Notes: generated by a model from the letters alone, not told the origin. A stretch of DNA of 64,000 bases from Candidatus Nealsonbacteria bacterium (GCA_026396115.1 JAPLXL010000005.1:2967-66966), one strand, 5' to 3'; shown: positions 44,102 to 54,273, counted from the first letter of the stretch. Made by a program: numbers and translations.

Positions 44102-44596
44102 ATGTTTAAAAAAAGAATAGTAGTTGTTTTTATTTTTTGTTTTTTGCTTATATTATTTTTTTTGATAGCACTTTATTATAATCAAATAGGAAACAGGGAA
44201 GAAATTGTAGGCGAAAAAAATAATTACTTGGATTTATCAAGTTTTTCCGAGATTTGCTTTAAAAGCTTTTGTTTTGAAATAGAAGTGGCACAAACTTCAG
44301 AAGAGAAAAAACAGGGACTTATGTTCAGGGAGTATTTGCCGGAAAACAAAGGAATGCTTTTTGAATTTAATCAAGAAGGAATCCATAGCATATGGATGAA
44401 AAATACTCTTATTCTTTTGGATATTATTTGGCTTGATAAAAATCTGGAAGTTGTTTTTATGAAAGAAAATGCTTTGCCGTGTAAAAGTGATCCTTGTCCA
44501 GTTTATAGCAATCTAATTCCAGCTCAATATGTTTTAGAAGTTAATGCGGGAAAAGTTAAGGAATTAGAGTTAGAAATAGGTGATAAGCTACAATAA
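44102..44596 (+). CDS. DUF192 (COG1430) protein
   Basis: FEIEVAQTSEEKKQGLMFRE...GMLFEF...IWMKNTLILLDIIWLD...YVLEVNAG. Confidence 0.8.
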   Translation: MFKKRIVVVFIFCFLLILFFLIALYYNQIGNREEIVGEKNNYLDLSSFSEICFKSFCFEIEVAQTSEEKKQGLMFREYLPENKGMLFEFNQEGIHSIWMKNTLILLDIIWLDKNLEVVFMKENALPCKSDPCPVYSNLIPAQYVLEVNAGKVKELELEIGDKLQ

Positions 44597-44673
44597 TATT
44601 CCGACAAAATCCGACTTCCCGGAAATAAGATAAATTTAAAATATAAAATCGAAAACGAGTTAAAAAATAAAAA

Positions 44674-44898
44674 ATGAAAATTTCTGTCAGAGTAAAGCCA
44701 AATGCAAAAGAAGAAAAAGTGAAGAAGATTAATGAGACATATTTTGAGATTTGTGTGAAAGAACCTCCAATAAAAGGAAAAGCAAATAAAGCAATAATTA
44801 GAGTCTTGGCTGATTATTTTGATATTTCTCCATCAAGAATAAATATTATTTCTGGTTTTAAATCAAAAGAGAAAATTTTAGAAATTAAACATAACTGA
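44674..44898 (+). CDS. DUF167 (YggU-like) protein
   Basis: ISVRVKPNAKEEKV...KEPPIKGKANKAIIRVLADYF. Confidence 0.8.
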   Translation: MKISVRVKPNAKEEKVKKINETYFEICVKEPPIKGKANKAIIRVLADYFDISPSRINIISGFKSKEKILEIKHN

Positions 44899-44973
44899 TA
44901 ATTCACCGAGAAAAAGAAATATTTATAATCCAATGAAAAAATATAATTTTACCAAGGCAGATATACTGTAAAC

Positions 44974-45005
44974 GAGTCGCCAATGGAGCGATTTTTTGGT
45001 AGAAT
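44974..45005 (+). promoter_or_regulatory. Conserved terminator-hairpin / extended -10 module
   Basis: gagTCGCcaatggaGCGAttttttGGTAGAAT. Confidence 0.55.
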
Positions 45006-45030
45006 ATAGGATATAAATCATCAAAATTGT

Positions 45031-46239
45031 ATGAGCAATGCAAAACAACAGCAGAATTTAAATTTTTATGGTCTCGGAATCGCGCCGGGGATTCTTGAGA
45101 TTTTGAAAAAGATTCGTTATGTGACGCCAACTCCCATTCAACATCAATCAATACCCATTGCCATTCAAGGAAAGGATATAGTTGGTATCGCCCAAACAGG
45201 TACGGGTAAAACTCTTGCCTTCGGTATTCCGATGATTCAGCGTTTGGCAAGCACTAAGGGTTTGGGATTGGTGCTTTTGCCGACCCGAGAGCTGGCGCTG
45301 CAAATCGATGCGGAACTTCGTAAAGTCGGCAATTCTCTCGGCCTTAGAACCGCAGTCTTGATCGGCGGGGTTCCCATCGGGCCTCAAATAGGATCTATTC
45401 GGAGAAACCCGAACATTATTATAGCAACACCCGGGCGCCTGATTGACCATTTGCATCAAAAAATAGTTAATCTTAAAAATGTAAATATTTTAATTCTTGA
45501 CGAAGCTGACCGCATGCTGGACATGGGATTTTTGCCGCAAATAACAGAAATTTTAAGATCGGTTCCAAGAGAACGCCAAACAATGCTTTTTTCAGCTACG
45601 ATTTCTCCGGAAATAATGAGCATTGCGTCGGCGAATATGAAGTTTCCGATCCGCGTCGAAATAGCTCCTACCGGTACGACAGTCGACAGCGTTTCTCAGG
45701 ATATTTTTATTGTCGCCAGAGAAGAAAAAGTGAGTTTGCTCAAAAAGGTTTTGGCCCAGTATTCGGGACCTACGCTTATATTTACAAGAACGAAATACGG
45801 AGCCCATCGTATCGCGCGGGCAATCAAGCAAATGGGTTATTCGGCGGCAGAAATACATTCAAACCTCACCTTTCCGCAGAGAAAAAGCGCTTTGAATGGT
45901 TTTAAGACCGGGGAATATCGCGTGCTCGTGGCAACCGATATTGTGGCGCGGGGGATTGACGTAATCGGAATAGAATTGGTTATAAATTATGATTTGCCCT
46001 CGCAAGCGGAAGACTATGTCCACCGAATAGGCAGAACTGCCCGTGCCGGCATGAAAGGCCATGCGATTTCTTTTGTGACGCCGTCTGAACAGGGAGAAAT
46101 TCGCGCAATCGAATGGTTAATCAGAAAAAAATTGAACGTATCTACGCTTCCTGAATTTCCGACTATGCAATTTGCAAAACCCCGGTTAGTTTATTCCAGC
46201 AGGAAGTACCGGAGGGGAAAAATGGGAGGAAGCAGATAA
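45031..46239 (+). CDS. DEAD-box ATP-dependent RNA helicase (RhlE/CshA-like)
   Basis: Q-motif region, AQTGTGKT, PTRELA, DEAD, SAT, HRIGRTARAG. Noticeably more G+C-rich than neighbours. Confidence 0.9.
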   Translation: MSNAKQQQNLNFYGLGIAPGILEILKKIRYVTPTPIQHQSIPIAIQGKDIVGIAQTGTGKTLAFGIPMIQRLASTKGLGLVLLPTRELALQIDAELRKVGNSLGLRTAVLIGGVPIGPQIGSIRRNPNIIIATPGRLIDHLHQKIVNLKNVNILILDEADRMLDMGFLPQITEILRSVPRERQTMLFSATISPEIMSIASANMKFPIRVEIAPTGTTVDSVSQDIFIVAREEKVSLLKKVLAQYSGPTLIFTRTKYGAHRIARAIKQMGYSAAEIHSNLTFPQRKSALNGFKTGEYRVLVATDIVARGIDVIGIELVINYDLPSQAEDYVHRIGRTARAGMKGHAISFVTPSEQGEIRAIEWLIRKKLNVSTLPEFPTMQFAKPRLVYSSRKYRRGKMGGSR

Positions 46240-46302
46240 AAAATACGAGTGTGGATTATATTTTGGAATTTTCTCGTAAGAGGTTGCCGGCAAATGAAGT
46301 TC

Positions 46303-46337
46303 AAAAAATTGCCAAGAATGCGGTTTTTTGGTAAAAT
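46303..46337 (+). promoter_or_regulatory. Conserved terminator-hairpin / extended -10 module
   Basis: aaaaaattgccaagaatgcggttttttGGTAAAAT. The ATG at 46344 is 6 nt after the -10. Confidence 0.55.
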
Positions 46338-46343
46338 GGAAAC

Positions 46344-46544
46344 ATGGAAGAAGAAATTTTTAAAAAAATTGAAGAACAGGATAAAAAACTCGAAGAAATT
46401 TATCGTTCTGTTGAAAAGATGAGAAAGTATTTTCTTTGGACGCTTATTGTAACTATAGCTGTGATTATCTTCCCGCTTATTGGAATATTACTTCTCATTC
46501 CTAAATTTTTAAGTACCATAAGTGGCAGTAATTTGGGTTTATAG
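46344..46544 (+). CDS. Small single-TM protein
   Basis: 66 aa: coiled N-terminus plus one TM helix. Confidence 0.4.
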   Translation: MEEEIFKKIEEQDKKLEEIYRSVEKMRKYFLWTLIVTIAVIIFPLIGILLLIPKFLSTISGSNLGL

Positions 46545-46599
46545 AATTGCTGGCAGAAATTGAATTACTTAATTAAGCCTTAAGAATTACCAGCAAAAC

Positions 46600-47148
46600 A
46601 TGACATTAGATGTAAAATTGCTCTATTTTCTCAATAACTTCGCTGGCAAATCCCAGCTTTTTGATGCTCTCACAGTTTTTCTCGCTTCATATTTGCAGTA
46701 TTTTCTCGTTGTCATCTTTCTTCTGCTTTTGTATTTTTCGGCATATTCAAAAAAGGAAAAACTCTACATATTTTGGACAACCACTATCTCAATTATGGTT
46801 GCCCGTCTCGGAATAACCGAAATTATCCGTTTCTTTTATAATCGTCCTCGCCCTTTTATTACCCATCAGGTGCACCAGCTCCTCTCCGAAAATGAGTGGT
46901 CATTTCCGTCTGGTCATTCAGCTTTTTTCTTCGCAATGGCAATCGCTATTTATCTTTGCAACAAGAAATGGGGCGTAGGATTTTTCATAGCCGCAGTCAT
47001 TATGAATATAAGCCGCATTGTTGCAGGAGTGCATTACCCATCTGATATTCTGGGCGGAATGATTGTTGGTGTTGCAGTCGCTTATGTTGTTTTCTACTTG
47101 ACTGAAAAGTGGATGATAAAACTTCCCGGAGAAAACAATAGTGTGTAG
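46600..47148 (+). CDS. PAP2-family phosphatase (undecaprenyl-diphosphatase-like)
   Basis: RPRP, PSGHSAF, SRIVAGVHYPSDILGG. Confidence 0.8.
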   Translation: MTLDVKLLYFLNNFAGKSQLFDALTVFLASYLQYFLVVIFLLLLYFSAYSKKEKLYIFWTTTISIMVARLGITEIIRFFYNRPRPFITHQVHQLLSENEWSFPSGHSAFFFAMAIAIYLCNKKWGVGFFIAAVIMNISRIVAGVHYPSDILGGMIVGVAVAYVVFYLTEKWMIKLPGENNSV

Positions 47149-47183
47149 CTAGCACATGCTAAGTCAGGTGACCGAGCCATCCA

Positions 47184-47215
47184 GAATCGCCAAGAAGGCG
47201 TTTTTTTGGTAGAAT
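47184..47215 (+). promoter_or_regulatory. Conserved terminator-hairpin / extended -10 module
   Basis: agaatCGCCaagaaGGCGtttttttGGTAGAAT. Confidence 0.6.
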
Positions 47216-47228
47216 AAAAAAGATTTTT

Positions 47229-49763
47229 ATGAAATTTTCAGATTACACAATAAAAAATGTTAAGTCGGTTTTAAAGGAGTTAAAAACTTCTGAGAAAGGC
47301 CTTTCAGAAAAAGAAGCTCTAAAAAGACTTAAACAATATGGGTTAAATGAGCCTACCAAGAAAAAGAAGAATAATATTTTTTTTCAAATCCTTTCGAGAT
47401 TTACCAATCCTCTTGTTGTTGCTCTTTTGGTTATTGCAATTATTTCAATGTTTTTAGGAGAGATAATTAGTGCAATTTTAATTTTTTTAATGGCTATAAT
47501 AAGCGTTTTACTTTCTTTTACTCAAGAACATCGAGCGGGAAAAGAAATAGAAAATCTTATTGAAATGGTGCGAACGACCGCTACTGTTTATCGAAATAGT
47601 AAACCAAAAGAAGTTAAAATTCAGGAACTAGTTCCCGGAGACATAGTTGAGTTATTTGCCGGCGATATGATTCCTGCTGATTTAAGAATTATTTCTTGCA
47701 AAGATTTGTTTATTAATCAAGCTTCTTTGACCGGGGAATCATTCCCCGTAGAAAAAGTTTCAACTCCCATAACATCGAAAAACGATTCAATGTCTGAGTT
47801 AAACAACATTGCTTTTATGGGATCAAGCGTGGTGAGTGGAGGAGCATTGGGAGTAGTTTTAAAAACGGGCACTTCTACGCAGTTTGGTGAACTTTCTCAA
47901 AAAGTTGCGGGAATCGAGGTAGAAACGGGTTTTGAAAAGGGAATACGTAACTTCACCTTGTTGATGATTCGTTCAGCGCTATTTATGGTTATTTTTATTT
48001 TTGCCATCAATGCTTTGCGTCGGGGCGATTTTATGGAGTCATTGCTTTTTTCCATTGGAGTTGCTGTTGGTCTTATGCCCGAAATGTTACCCATGATAGT
48101 CACCATAAACCTTTCCAAGGGTGCCATTACGATGTCAAAAAAAGAAGTTATTGTTAGACGTTTAGGTTCCATACAAAATTTCGGCGCAATGGATATACTC
48201 TGTACGGATAAAACCGGCACCCTTACTATGAATAAAATAATTTTGGAGAAGCATTGCGATGTTGCAGGCAAAGAAAGCGAAGACGTCTTGAGGTATGCTT
48301 ATATTAATAGTTTTTATCAAACAGGGTTAAAAGATCTTTTAGACCAAACGATTTTGAAGCACGAAAAAATATTATTAAAACAATTTAAAAAAATAGACGA
48401 AGTACCTTTTGATTTTTTAAGAAGAATTATGTCCGTAGTTGTAGAAACAGATAGCGAACGTACGATTATTTCAAAAGGCGCTCCGGAGGAAATATTTAAA
48501 AGATGTTCTCGATATGAGTTGGACGGCGGAATATTTAGAACAAACGATATTGTTTTTTTAAATTTAAAAAAACAATACGACAGCTTAAGTTCGGAAGGTT
48601 TTAGAGTTCTAGCAATAGCTTATAAAAAAGTAAATAACAAAAAAGAAATATTTTCAAAAGAAGACGAGTCAAGTTTAATACTTAAGGGATATGTGGCATT
48701 TTTTGACCCGCCAAAGCCCAGCGCTAAACCAACAATTATTGAATTAAAAAAAATAGGAATAGAATTTAAAATTTTAACCGGAGACAACGATTTAGTTACA
48801 AAAAAAATATGTAATGATGTCGGGCTTGAGATTAAAGGTTTGGCGACGGGAGACCAAATAGAAAGATTAAGCGATAAAGAAATTCAGGAGTTAGTTAAAA
48901 ATACCACTATTTTTGCTCGTCTTTCGCCGTTGCAAAAAGCAAGAATAGTAAGCGCCCTGCGAGAAAATAAACACATAGTGGGTTATTTAGGAGATGGCAT
49001 GAATGATGCTCCGGCGCTGAAAGCTGCTGACGTGGGAATATCAGTAAATAATGCCGTTGATATTGCCAAAGAATCAGCCGACATAATTCTTCTTCGGAAA
49101 AGCTTAACGGTGCTTCGAGAAGGCGTTATAGAGGGGAGAAAGATTTTTGGTAATATTCTTAAATACGTAAAGATGGGTTCAAGTTCAAACTTAGGCAATA
49201 TGTTAAGCATGACCGGAGGCAGTATGTTTTTGCCTTTTTTACCGATGTTGCCGATACAAATTCTTTTAAATAATTTTCTTTACGATATGTCTCAGGTGGC
49301 AATACCCACAGACGAGGTAGACAAAGAATATATAAACAAAGCACGGCCATGGAACGTAGGTTACATTAAAAGATTTATGTTTATTATCGGACCGATTAGT
49401 TCGCTTTATGATTTTATTACTTATGGAGTTATGTTGTTTGTTTTCAATGCTTCTGCTTTCCCGGAGTTGTTTCACACGGGATGGTTTATAGAATCCTTGT
49501 GTACTCAAACTCTTGTTATTCACATAATCCGTACGGGAAAAATTCCCTTCATCGAAAGCAGACCAAGCAGATCATTAATGCTAACCTCGTTTCTTATAGT
49601 GGCAATAGGTATAATTATTCCGTTTTCTCCTTTGGCAAAACCATTTGGATTTGTGGCGCCACCTCCCTTATATTTTTTAATATTATTTATTATGGTTATT
49701 ACTTATTTATTGCTTGTTCAGTTCGTTAAGAAATGGTTTATTAAAAAATACGGTTACGAATAA
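47229..49763 (+). CDS. mgtA: Mg2+-importing P-type ATPase (MgtA-like)
   Basis: LTGESFPV, CTDKTGTLTMNKI, AVGLMPEMLPMIVT, LGDGMNDAPALKAADVGISV. Confidence 0.8.
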   Translation: MKFSDYTIKNVKSVLKELKTSEKGLSEKEALKRLKQYGLNEPTKKKKNNIFFQILSRFTNPLVVALLVIAIISMFLGEIISAILIFLMAIISVLLSFTQEHRAGKEIENLIEMVRTTATVYRNSKPKEVKIQELVPGDIVELFAGDMIPADLRIISCKDLFINQASLTGESFPVEKVSTPITSKNDSMSELNNIAFMGSSVVSGGALGVVLKTGTSTQFGELSQKVAGIEVETGFEKGIRNFTLLMIRSALFMVIFIFAINALRRGDFMESLLFSIGVAVGLMPEMLPMIVTINLSKGAITMSKKEVIVRRLGSIQNFGAMDILCTDKTGTLTMNKIILEKHCDVAGKESEDVLRYAYINSFYQTGLKDLLDQTILKHEKILLKQFKKIDEVPFDFLRRIMSVVVETDSERTIISKGAPEEIFKRCSRYELDGGIFRTNDIVFLNLKKQYDSLSSEGFRVLAIAYKKVNNKKEIFSKEDESSLILKGYVAFFDPPKPSAKPTIIELKKIGIEFKILTGDNDLVTKKICNDVGLEIKGLATGDQIERLSDKEIQELVKNTTIFARLSPLQKARIVSALRENKHIVGYLGDGMNDAPALKAADVGISVNNAVDIAKESADIILLRKSLTVLREGVIEGRKIFGNILKYVKMGSSSNLGNMLSMTGGSMFLPFLPMLPIQILLNNFLYDMSQVAIPTDEVDKEYINKARPWNVGYIKRFMFIIGPISSLYDFITYGVMLFVFNASAFPELFHTGWFIESLCTQTLVIHIIRTGKIPFIESRPSRSLMLTSFLIVAIGIIIPFSPLAKPFGFVAPPPLYFLILFIMVITYLLLVQFVKKWFIKKYGYE

Positions 49764-50070
49764 TTTATTTTTAGATATAAAATTAATTTTACAAACCAAA
49801 TTCCTTGCACAAAATAGTTAATTATACATGAGACTAGGCTCTGACAGTGTCCAGTTCCCGGAGTTCCATATTGACTTTTAATTTATAATTTCGTACGGAT
49901 TTTTTCTTCCCTAAAAAGGATAAGGAAGGTTTCTTTCGATATACTTTTGGGGGAGTAGATTTTTGATGAAGAAATGATATATTCTACTTGAGAATAATTT
50001 TAATTACGGGCGGCTTAGTATAAATCACGAAAACTTATCAGGACTGATAAAATGTAAAGTTATTTTATTT

Positions 50071-50922
50071 ATGTTAGAAAACATTGTTATATCAAATCCA
50101 GAAAAGTTAGAAGAATCGAAAAAATTAATTTCTGAGGCTGGGGTAAATAAACTCCATATTGTAACTGATTTTGACAGGACTTTGACAACAGCTTTTGTTG
50201 ATGGGAAAAGTATCCCTTCTCTTATTTCGGTTTTGCGTGACGGAAACTATTTAACGCCCGATTATGCCCCAAAGGCAAACAGGCTTTACGCTAAATATCA
50301 TCCAATTGAAATCGATCCAAAAATTCCTTTTGAAGAAAAAAAGAAGGCGATGTATGAATGGTGGGCAACCCATTTCGATTTGTTAATTAAATCGGGATTA
50401 AATAAAAGGGATTTAAAAAGAGTTGTCGAATCTCAAAAAGTTAAGTTGAGAGATGGATTTGGAGATTTTATTGTTTTTTTAAAAACCCATAACATTCCTT
50501 TGGTTATTATTTCTTCAAGCGGTTTGGGTGGCGACACCATTTCAATGTATCTGGAAAAAGAAGGAAAGTTATATAATAACGTTCATATTATTTCTAATTC
50601 ATACGAGTGGGACGAGAATGATAATGCAATTGCCATTAGGCAACCGATTATCCATATGCTGAATAAAGACAAAACTGTAATCCAAAATCTCCCGGTTTTT
50701 AATGTAATAAAAAATAGAAAAAATATTTTATTATTAGGAGATAGTTTAGATGATATCGGAATGATTAAGGGTTTCGATTACAATAATCTGATTAAAATAG
50801 GATTCCTGAATGAAAATATAGAGGAGAATTTAGAACATTATAAACGTAATTTTGACATCGTAATTTTAAATGGTTATACTATGGATTATATTAATGCGTT
50901 ATTAAGAGAACTTTTTTCATAA
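50071..50922 (+). CDS. HAD-type pyrimidine 5'-nucleotidase-like protein (UMPH-1 family-like)
   Basis: LHIVTDFDRTLT (DxDxT), IISSSGLG, LLLGDSLDDIGM. The layout resembles cytosolic 5'-nucleotidase III. Confidence 0.55.
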   Translation: MLENIVISNPEKLEESKKLISEAGVNKLHIVTDFDRTLTTAFVDGKSIPSLISVLRDGNYLTPDYAPKANRLYAKYHPIEIDPKIPFEEKKKAMYEWWATHFDLLIKSGLNKRDLKRVVESQKVKLRDGFGDFIVFLKTHNIPLVIISSSGLGGDTISMYLEKEGKLYNNVHIISNSYEWDENDNAIAIRQPIIHMLNKDKTVIQNLPVFNVIKNRKNILLLGDSLDDIGMIKGFDYNNLIKIGFLNENIEENLEHYKRNFDIVILNGYTMDYINALLRELFS

Positions 50923-50969
50923 AAAAGGTCGGCAAAAATAAATAAAAATTAAAAATAAAATAAAAGACT

Positions 50970-51365
50970 ATGAAAAATTTAAAGAAAGAATTTTACGATA
51001 GTAAAGCCTGGGGTTTGTCAACCAGCGTAGACCTTTACAATTGTAATCCACAAATCATAAGAGATGCAGAAGCAATAAAAAGGTACGTTAAAGAACTTTG
51101 TGAATTAATTGAAATGAAACGATTTGGGGACACTCAAGTTGTTGATTTTGGTGAAGACGAGAAAGTTGCCGGATACTCTATGGTCCAACTCATTGAGACT
51201 TCCTTGATTTCAGGACACTTTACCAATAAGAGCAATAATGCCTACATAGACATATTTAGTTGCAAATATTATGAACCTTCGGTAGTAGCAGAATTTACAA
51301 AGAATTTCTTTAAATCAAAAAAAGTAAAGACGCATCATATCCTAAGAGGCAAAGAGAAATTATAA
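50970..51365 (+). CDS. S-adenosylmethionine decarboxylase-like proenzyme (SpeH type)
   Basis: ~130 aa. DLYNC...LIETSLISGHF contains the E-S self-processing site context. Confidence 0.6.
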   Translation: MKNLKKEFYDSKAWGLSTSVDLYNCNPQIIRDAEAIKRYVKELCELIEMKRFGDTQVVDFGEDEKVAGYSMVQLIETSLISGHFTNKSNNAYIDIFSCKYYEPSVVAEFTKNFFKSKKVKTHHILRGKEKL

Positions 51366-51418
51366 AAAAGAGACATAAAAGAGAAAAATGACTAAAAAGA
51401 AAAAAAGATAAACTTTAT

Positions 51419-51458
51419 AAAAAATCGCCAAGAAGGCGGTTTTTTGTTAATGTAAAAT
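51419..51458 (+). promoter_or_regulatory. Conserved terminator-hairpin module with a downstream -10-like box
   Basis: aaaaaatCGCCaagaaGGCGgttttttgttaatgtaaaat. The ATG at 51462 follows immediately. Confidence 0.5.
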
Positions 51459-51461
51459 AAT

Positions 51462-52259
51462 ATGTTGACTCTCTCGGGTTTAAAAAAAGAATTAAAAGCC
51501 AAAGCCAGTCCCAAAAAGGCGAAGATCCTGCAAAGATTCTTTAAAACAGGTCCCGGAGAATACGGCTATGGTGATGTTTTTTTAGGCGTGGTGGTTCCGG
51601 AAACAAGGAAAGTAGCCAAGAAATACAGCACTCTTAAAGTGGCAGATGCGGTAAAATTATTGCATTCCAAAATCCATGAAGAAAGATTAGCTGCTCTTTT
51701 AATTATGGTTGATAAATTTCAAGCTCCCGAGCAACAGCGAAGTCGAAAAAGGATTTCATCCTCTTTCTTACCTTCGCTTCCTTCGAAAGCTCGGTGGGGG
51801 AAGAAGAAAGTTTACTTTCTTCGCCCCGGAAACGAACAAGAAATAATTTATAAAACATATTTGAAAAACACAAAATACATAAATAATTGGGATTTGGTGG
51901 ATTTGTCGGCTGAAAAAATAGTAGGGGATTATCTTTTTGATAAACCGAAAGAAATTCTTTACAAATTAGCTAAATCAAAAAGCGTTTGGGAAAGAAGAAT
52001 AGCCATTATAGCAACTTTTAACTTTATTAAAAACAATAAGTTTGAAGAAACTTTTAAAATTTCTAAAATTCTTTTAAATGATGAACATGATTTAATCCAT
52101 AAAGCGGTTGGTTGGATGTTAAGAGAGGTTGGCAAGAGAGATATTAAAACAGAAAAAGATTTTCTTGATAAATATTCTAAAAAAATGGCTAGAACTACGT
52201 TTCGCTATGCCATTGAGAGATTTCCGGAAAAAAATATGTTAATTAAAAAGAAAAAATAA
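51462..52259 (+). CDS. DNA alkylation repair protein (AlkD-like HEAT-repeat family) carrying a ~33-aa repeat-derived insertion
   Basis: KAKILQRFFKTGPGEYGYGDVFLGV, NNWDLVD, HDLIHKAVGWMLRE. Confidence 0.75.
   Translation: MLTLSGLKKELKAKASPKKAKILQRFFKTGPGEYGYGDVFLGVVVPETRKVAKKYSTLKVADAVKLLHSKIHEERLAALLIMVDKFQAPEQQRSRKRISSSFLPSLPSKARWGKKKVYFLRPGNEQEIIYKTYLKNTKYINNWDLVDLSAEKIVGDYLFDKPKEILYKLAKSKSVWERRIAIIATFNFIKNNKFEETFKISKILLNDEHDLIHKAVGWMLREVGKRDIKTEKDFLDKYSKKMARTTFRYAIERFPEKNMLIKKKK
51725..51825. repeat. ~100-nt composite hairpin repeat module inserted in-frame in the AlkD-like CDS
   Basis: ctcccgagcaacagcgaagtcgaaaaaggatttcatcctctttcttaccttcgcttccttcgaaagctcggtgggggaagaagaaagtttactttcttcgcc, translated as APEQQRSRKRISSSFLPSLPSKARWGKKKVYFLRPG. 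Confidence 0.8.
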
Positions 52260-52262
52260 AAA

Positions 52263-52289
52263 CCCGCTTGAACTTTAAAATCAAGCGGG
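52263..52289. terminator. Hairpin terminator between convergent genes (T-run on the minus-strand side)
   Basis: CCCGCTTGA-actttaaaa-TCAAGCGGG with a flanking A-run. Confidence 0.65.
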
Positions 52290-52309
52290 CATAAACTTAA
52301 CTATTAAAT

Positions 52310-52660
52310 TCAGAATGCTTTGATTTTTCTCTTTTTATTTTTTCTTTTCGTATCCCGAAGGATACAAAAAAGTTCAGGTATTCGGCAAAGACACTCAATC
52401 TTCCCATTTATAGTGCAATATTGCCTCCCATCATCATTTATTTCATAAAAACTGCAAACTCCAAAATTAATTTTGTGCTTCCTTTGAAGGGAAAAAACAA
52501 GTTGTCTTGCCGACACAGGATCCCAGAGCAAGATTTCCGGTAAAATCTGCGTTAATTTAATATACCCTTCCCAAATGGTCGCACAATTACGTAAAAGATT
52601 AAAACCGTTCTTCTCCCTGATTAGTTTCAAAGCCTCTTTTACTTTATCCTTCATTTTCAA
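52310..52660 (-). CDS. Hypothetical protein
   Basis: 116-aa ORF with SD aaagggagg and an upstream consensus promoter. No motif recognised. Confidence 0.45.
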   Translation of the reverse strand: MKMKDKVKEALKLIREKNGFNLLRNCATIWEGYIKLTQILPEILLWDPVSARQLVFSLQRKHKINFGVCSFYEINDDGRQYCTINGKIECLCRIPELFCILRDTKRKNKKRKIKAF

Positions 52661-52709
52661 CCTCCCTTTAAAATAAAAATTTTATAAAGAACTACTAGAT
52701 TGAAATGTT

Positions 52710-52738
52710 ATTATAATATTTAAAGTAAGATGTGTCAA
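52710..52738 (-). promoter_or_regulatory. Consensus promoter on the minus strand
   Basis: Minus-strand reading: TTGACA, 17-nt spacer, TATAAT. Confidence 0.65.
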
Positions 52739-52825
52739 GTTTTCTTATTTTGACAAGAGAAACGTTTAAGTTAAGAGAATCCGAAAACAGAAAAAGAAAA
52801 TAGAGCTGACACCTATTTTCTTTAC

Positions 52826-52864
52826 TAAAAATCCTCTTATCTCTACAAAAGAAATAAGAGGATT
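52826..52864 (-). terminator. Rho-independent terminator of plsC
   Basis: AATCCTCTTAT...ATAAGAGGATT 11-bp stem with a T-run on the minus strand. Confidence 0.75.
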
Positions 52865-53598
52865 TAAATTTGGTCAACCTTCCTTAAAAGTTCTTCAACC
52901 ATTACTGCTCTTTTCTGAGCCTTAGTTAATTCCTTATTTTTGACTACTTTTTCTAAATCCCGGTAAAAGATAGGACCTCCAATTCTTAGGTCAGCTTCTA
53001 CCATTCTTGATAAATAATAATACCATTTTCCTTTGGGCTTCCCGTATGGACCTTTTGTTTTAACGTTTAGAGCAAATATAGGAATTTCCTGGCCGGTCAT
53101 TTGCTCGACTTTCTTGACAACTAAGATAATTCCTCCGAAGAATTTTTTATTTTCCGGGACGGTTGTACCTTCCGGAAAGATGGCAACATTGTTCCCATCT
53201 TTAAGAGTTTTAATAATCTCTTCGATAGTGCTTTTTTTCGGATTATCCCGGTCAATATAAATTATGAAGTTGTTTGAGAGAGGGATAAGTTGAAAAAATA
53301 CTTTTAACTCATTTTTGGCAACATATTTTAATCTGTTTTTCAGTGAAGGCCCAAATGCAACCGGTAGGAAAGGTATATCCCAGTAACTTTTGTGCCTGGC
53401 TACCACCACAAAAGGAAGGTGGTGTTGTTTCCGCCAGTTCAAAGGTTTTTCTCGACCGTAGATGCGGACCCGGAAAAGAAGACGGGAAATAAGAAAAAGT
53501 AAATAAGTGACAATTCGGTAAAATGCATCATTAAGAACAAGGTCAATGGCTTGTTTGGTTTTCCGGAAAGTGATTTTTAAAGAACTCATTATTTTCAC
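52864..53598 (-). CDS. plsC: 1-acyl-sn-glycerol-3-phosphate acyltransferase
   Basis: HKSYWD (HxxxxD) and IFPEGT motifs. Confidence 0.85.
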   Translation of the reverse strand: MKIMSSLKITFRKTKQAIDLVLNDAFYRIVTYLLFLISRLLFRVRIYGREKPLNWRKQHHLPFVVVARHKSYWDIPFLPVAFGPSLKNRLKYVAKNELKVFFQLIPLSNNFIIYIDRDNPKKSTIEEIIKTLKDGNNVAIFPEGTTVPENKKFFGGIILVVKKVEQMTGQEIPIFALNVKTKGPYGKPKGKWYYYLSRMVEADLRIGGPIFYRDLEKVVKNKELTKAQKRAVMVEELLRKVDQI

Positions 53599-53748
53599 CT
53601 CCTGAAAGAATTAATTGTTGATTGATAAATATACAATTAAATATGCTAAATGTCAATCGGGTTTTTAATTTGAGTTATTTTTAGCTATAATAAAAGAAAC
53701 TAAGACCAAAGGAAAAATGGTGTCAACTCTGATTCTTTAAAGCAAAAT

Positions 53749-54264
53749 ATGAAAAAAACTATTAAGAAAATTTTAAAAGTAAAACCATTCCAGGAGACAT
53801 TAAATAGTAGTTACTGCGGTCCGGCATCGCTAAAAATAGTATTAGATTATTACGGAATCAAGAAAACAGAAAAAGAATTAGCTAAAATGACTGGCTGGAA
53901 TAAGGATTTGGGAGTAGACGATAAAGGGATCAAAAAAGCAGCGGAAGCGTTGGGTTTTAAGGTAAAAATAAAAAATAATAGCAATTATTCAGATATCCAA
54001 AAATGGCTGGACAAAAGAGTTCCGGTTATTGTTGATTGGTTTACAAGGGGCAGAAATGATTGTACTGATTCTGATATTCCGGACGGCCATTCTTCTGTTG
54101 TGGCAGGACTTGATAATAAATTTATTTATCTTCAAGATCCTGAAATAGGGAAGATAAGAAAATTAAACAGGGAAGACTTTATGACAGTTTGGTTTGATTT
54201 CAGGGGTAAATATATAAAACCTAATGGATTAGTCATCAGACAGATTATCGCGATATATAAATAA
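53749..54264 (+). CDS. C39-like cysteine peptidase domain protein
   Basis: SYCGPASLKIVLDYYG (catalytic Cys context), DGHSSVV, YLQDP. Confidence 0.6.
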   Translation: MKKTIKKILKVKPFQETLNSSYCGPASLKIVLDYYGIKKTEKELAKMTGWNKDLGVDDKGIKKAAEALGFKVKIKNNSNYSDIQKWLDKRVPVIVDWFTRGRNDCTDSDIPDGHSSVVAGLDNKFIYLQDPEIGKIRKLNREDFMTVWFDFRGKYIKPNGLVIRQIIAIYK

Positions 54265-54273
54265 TATATATTT

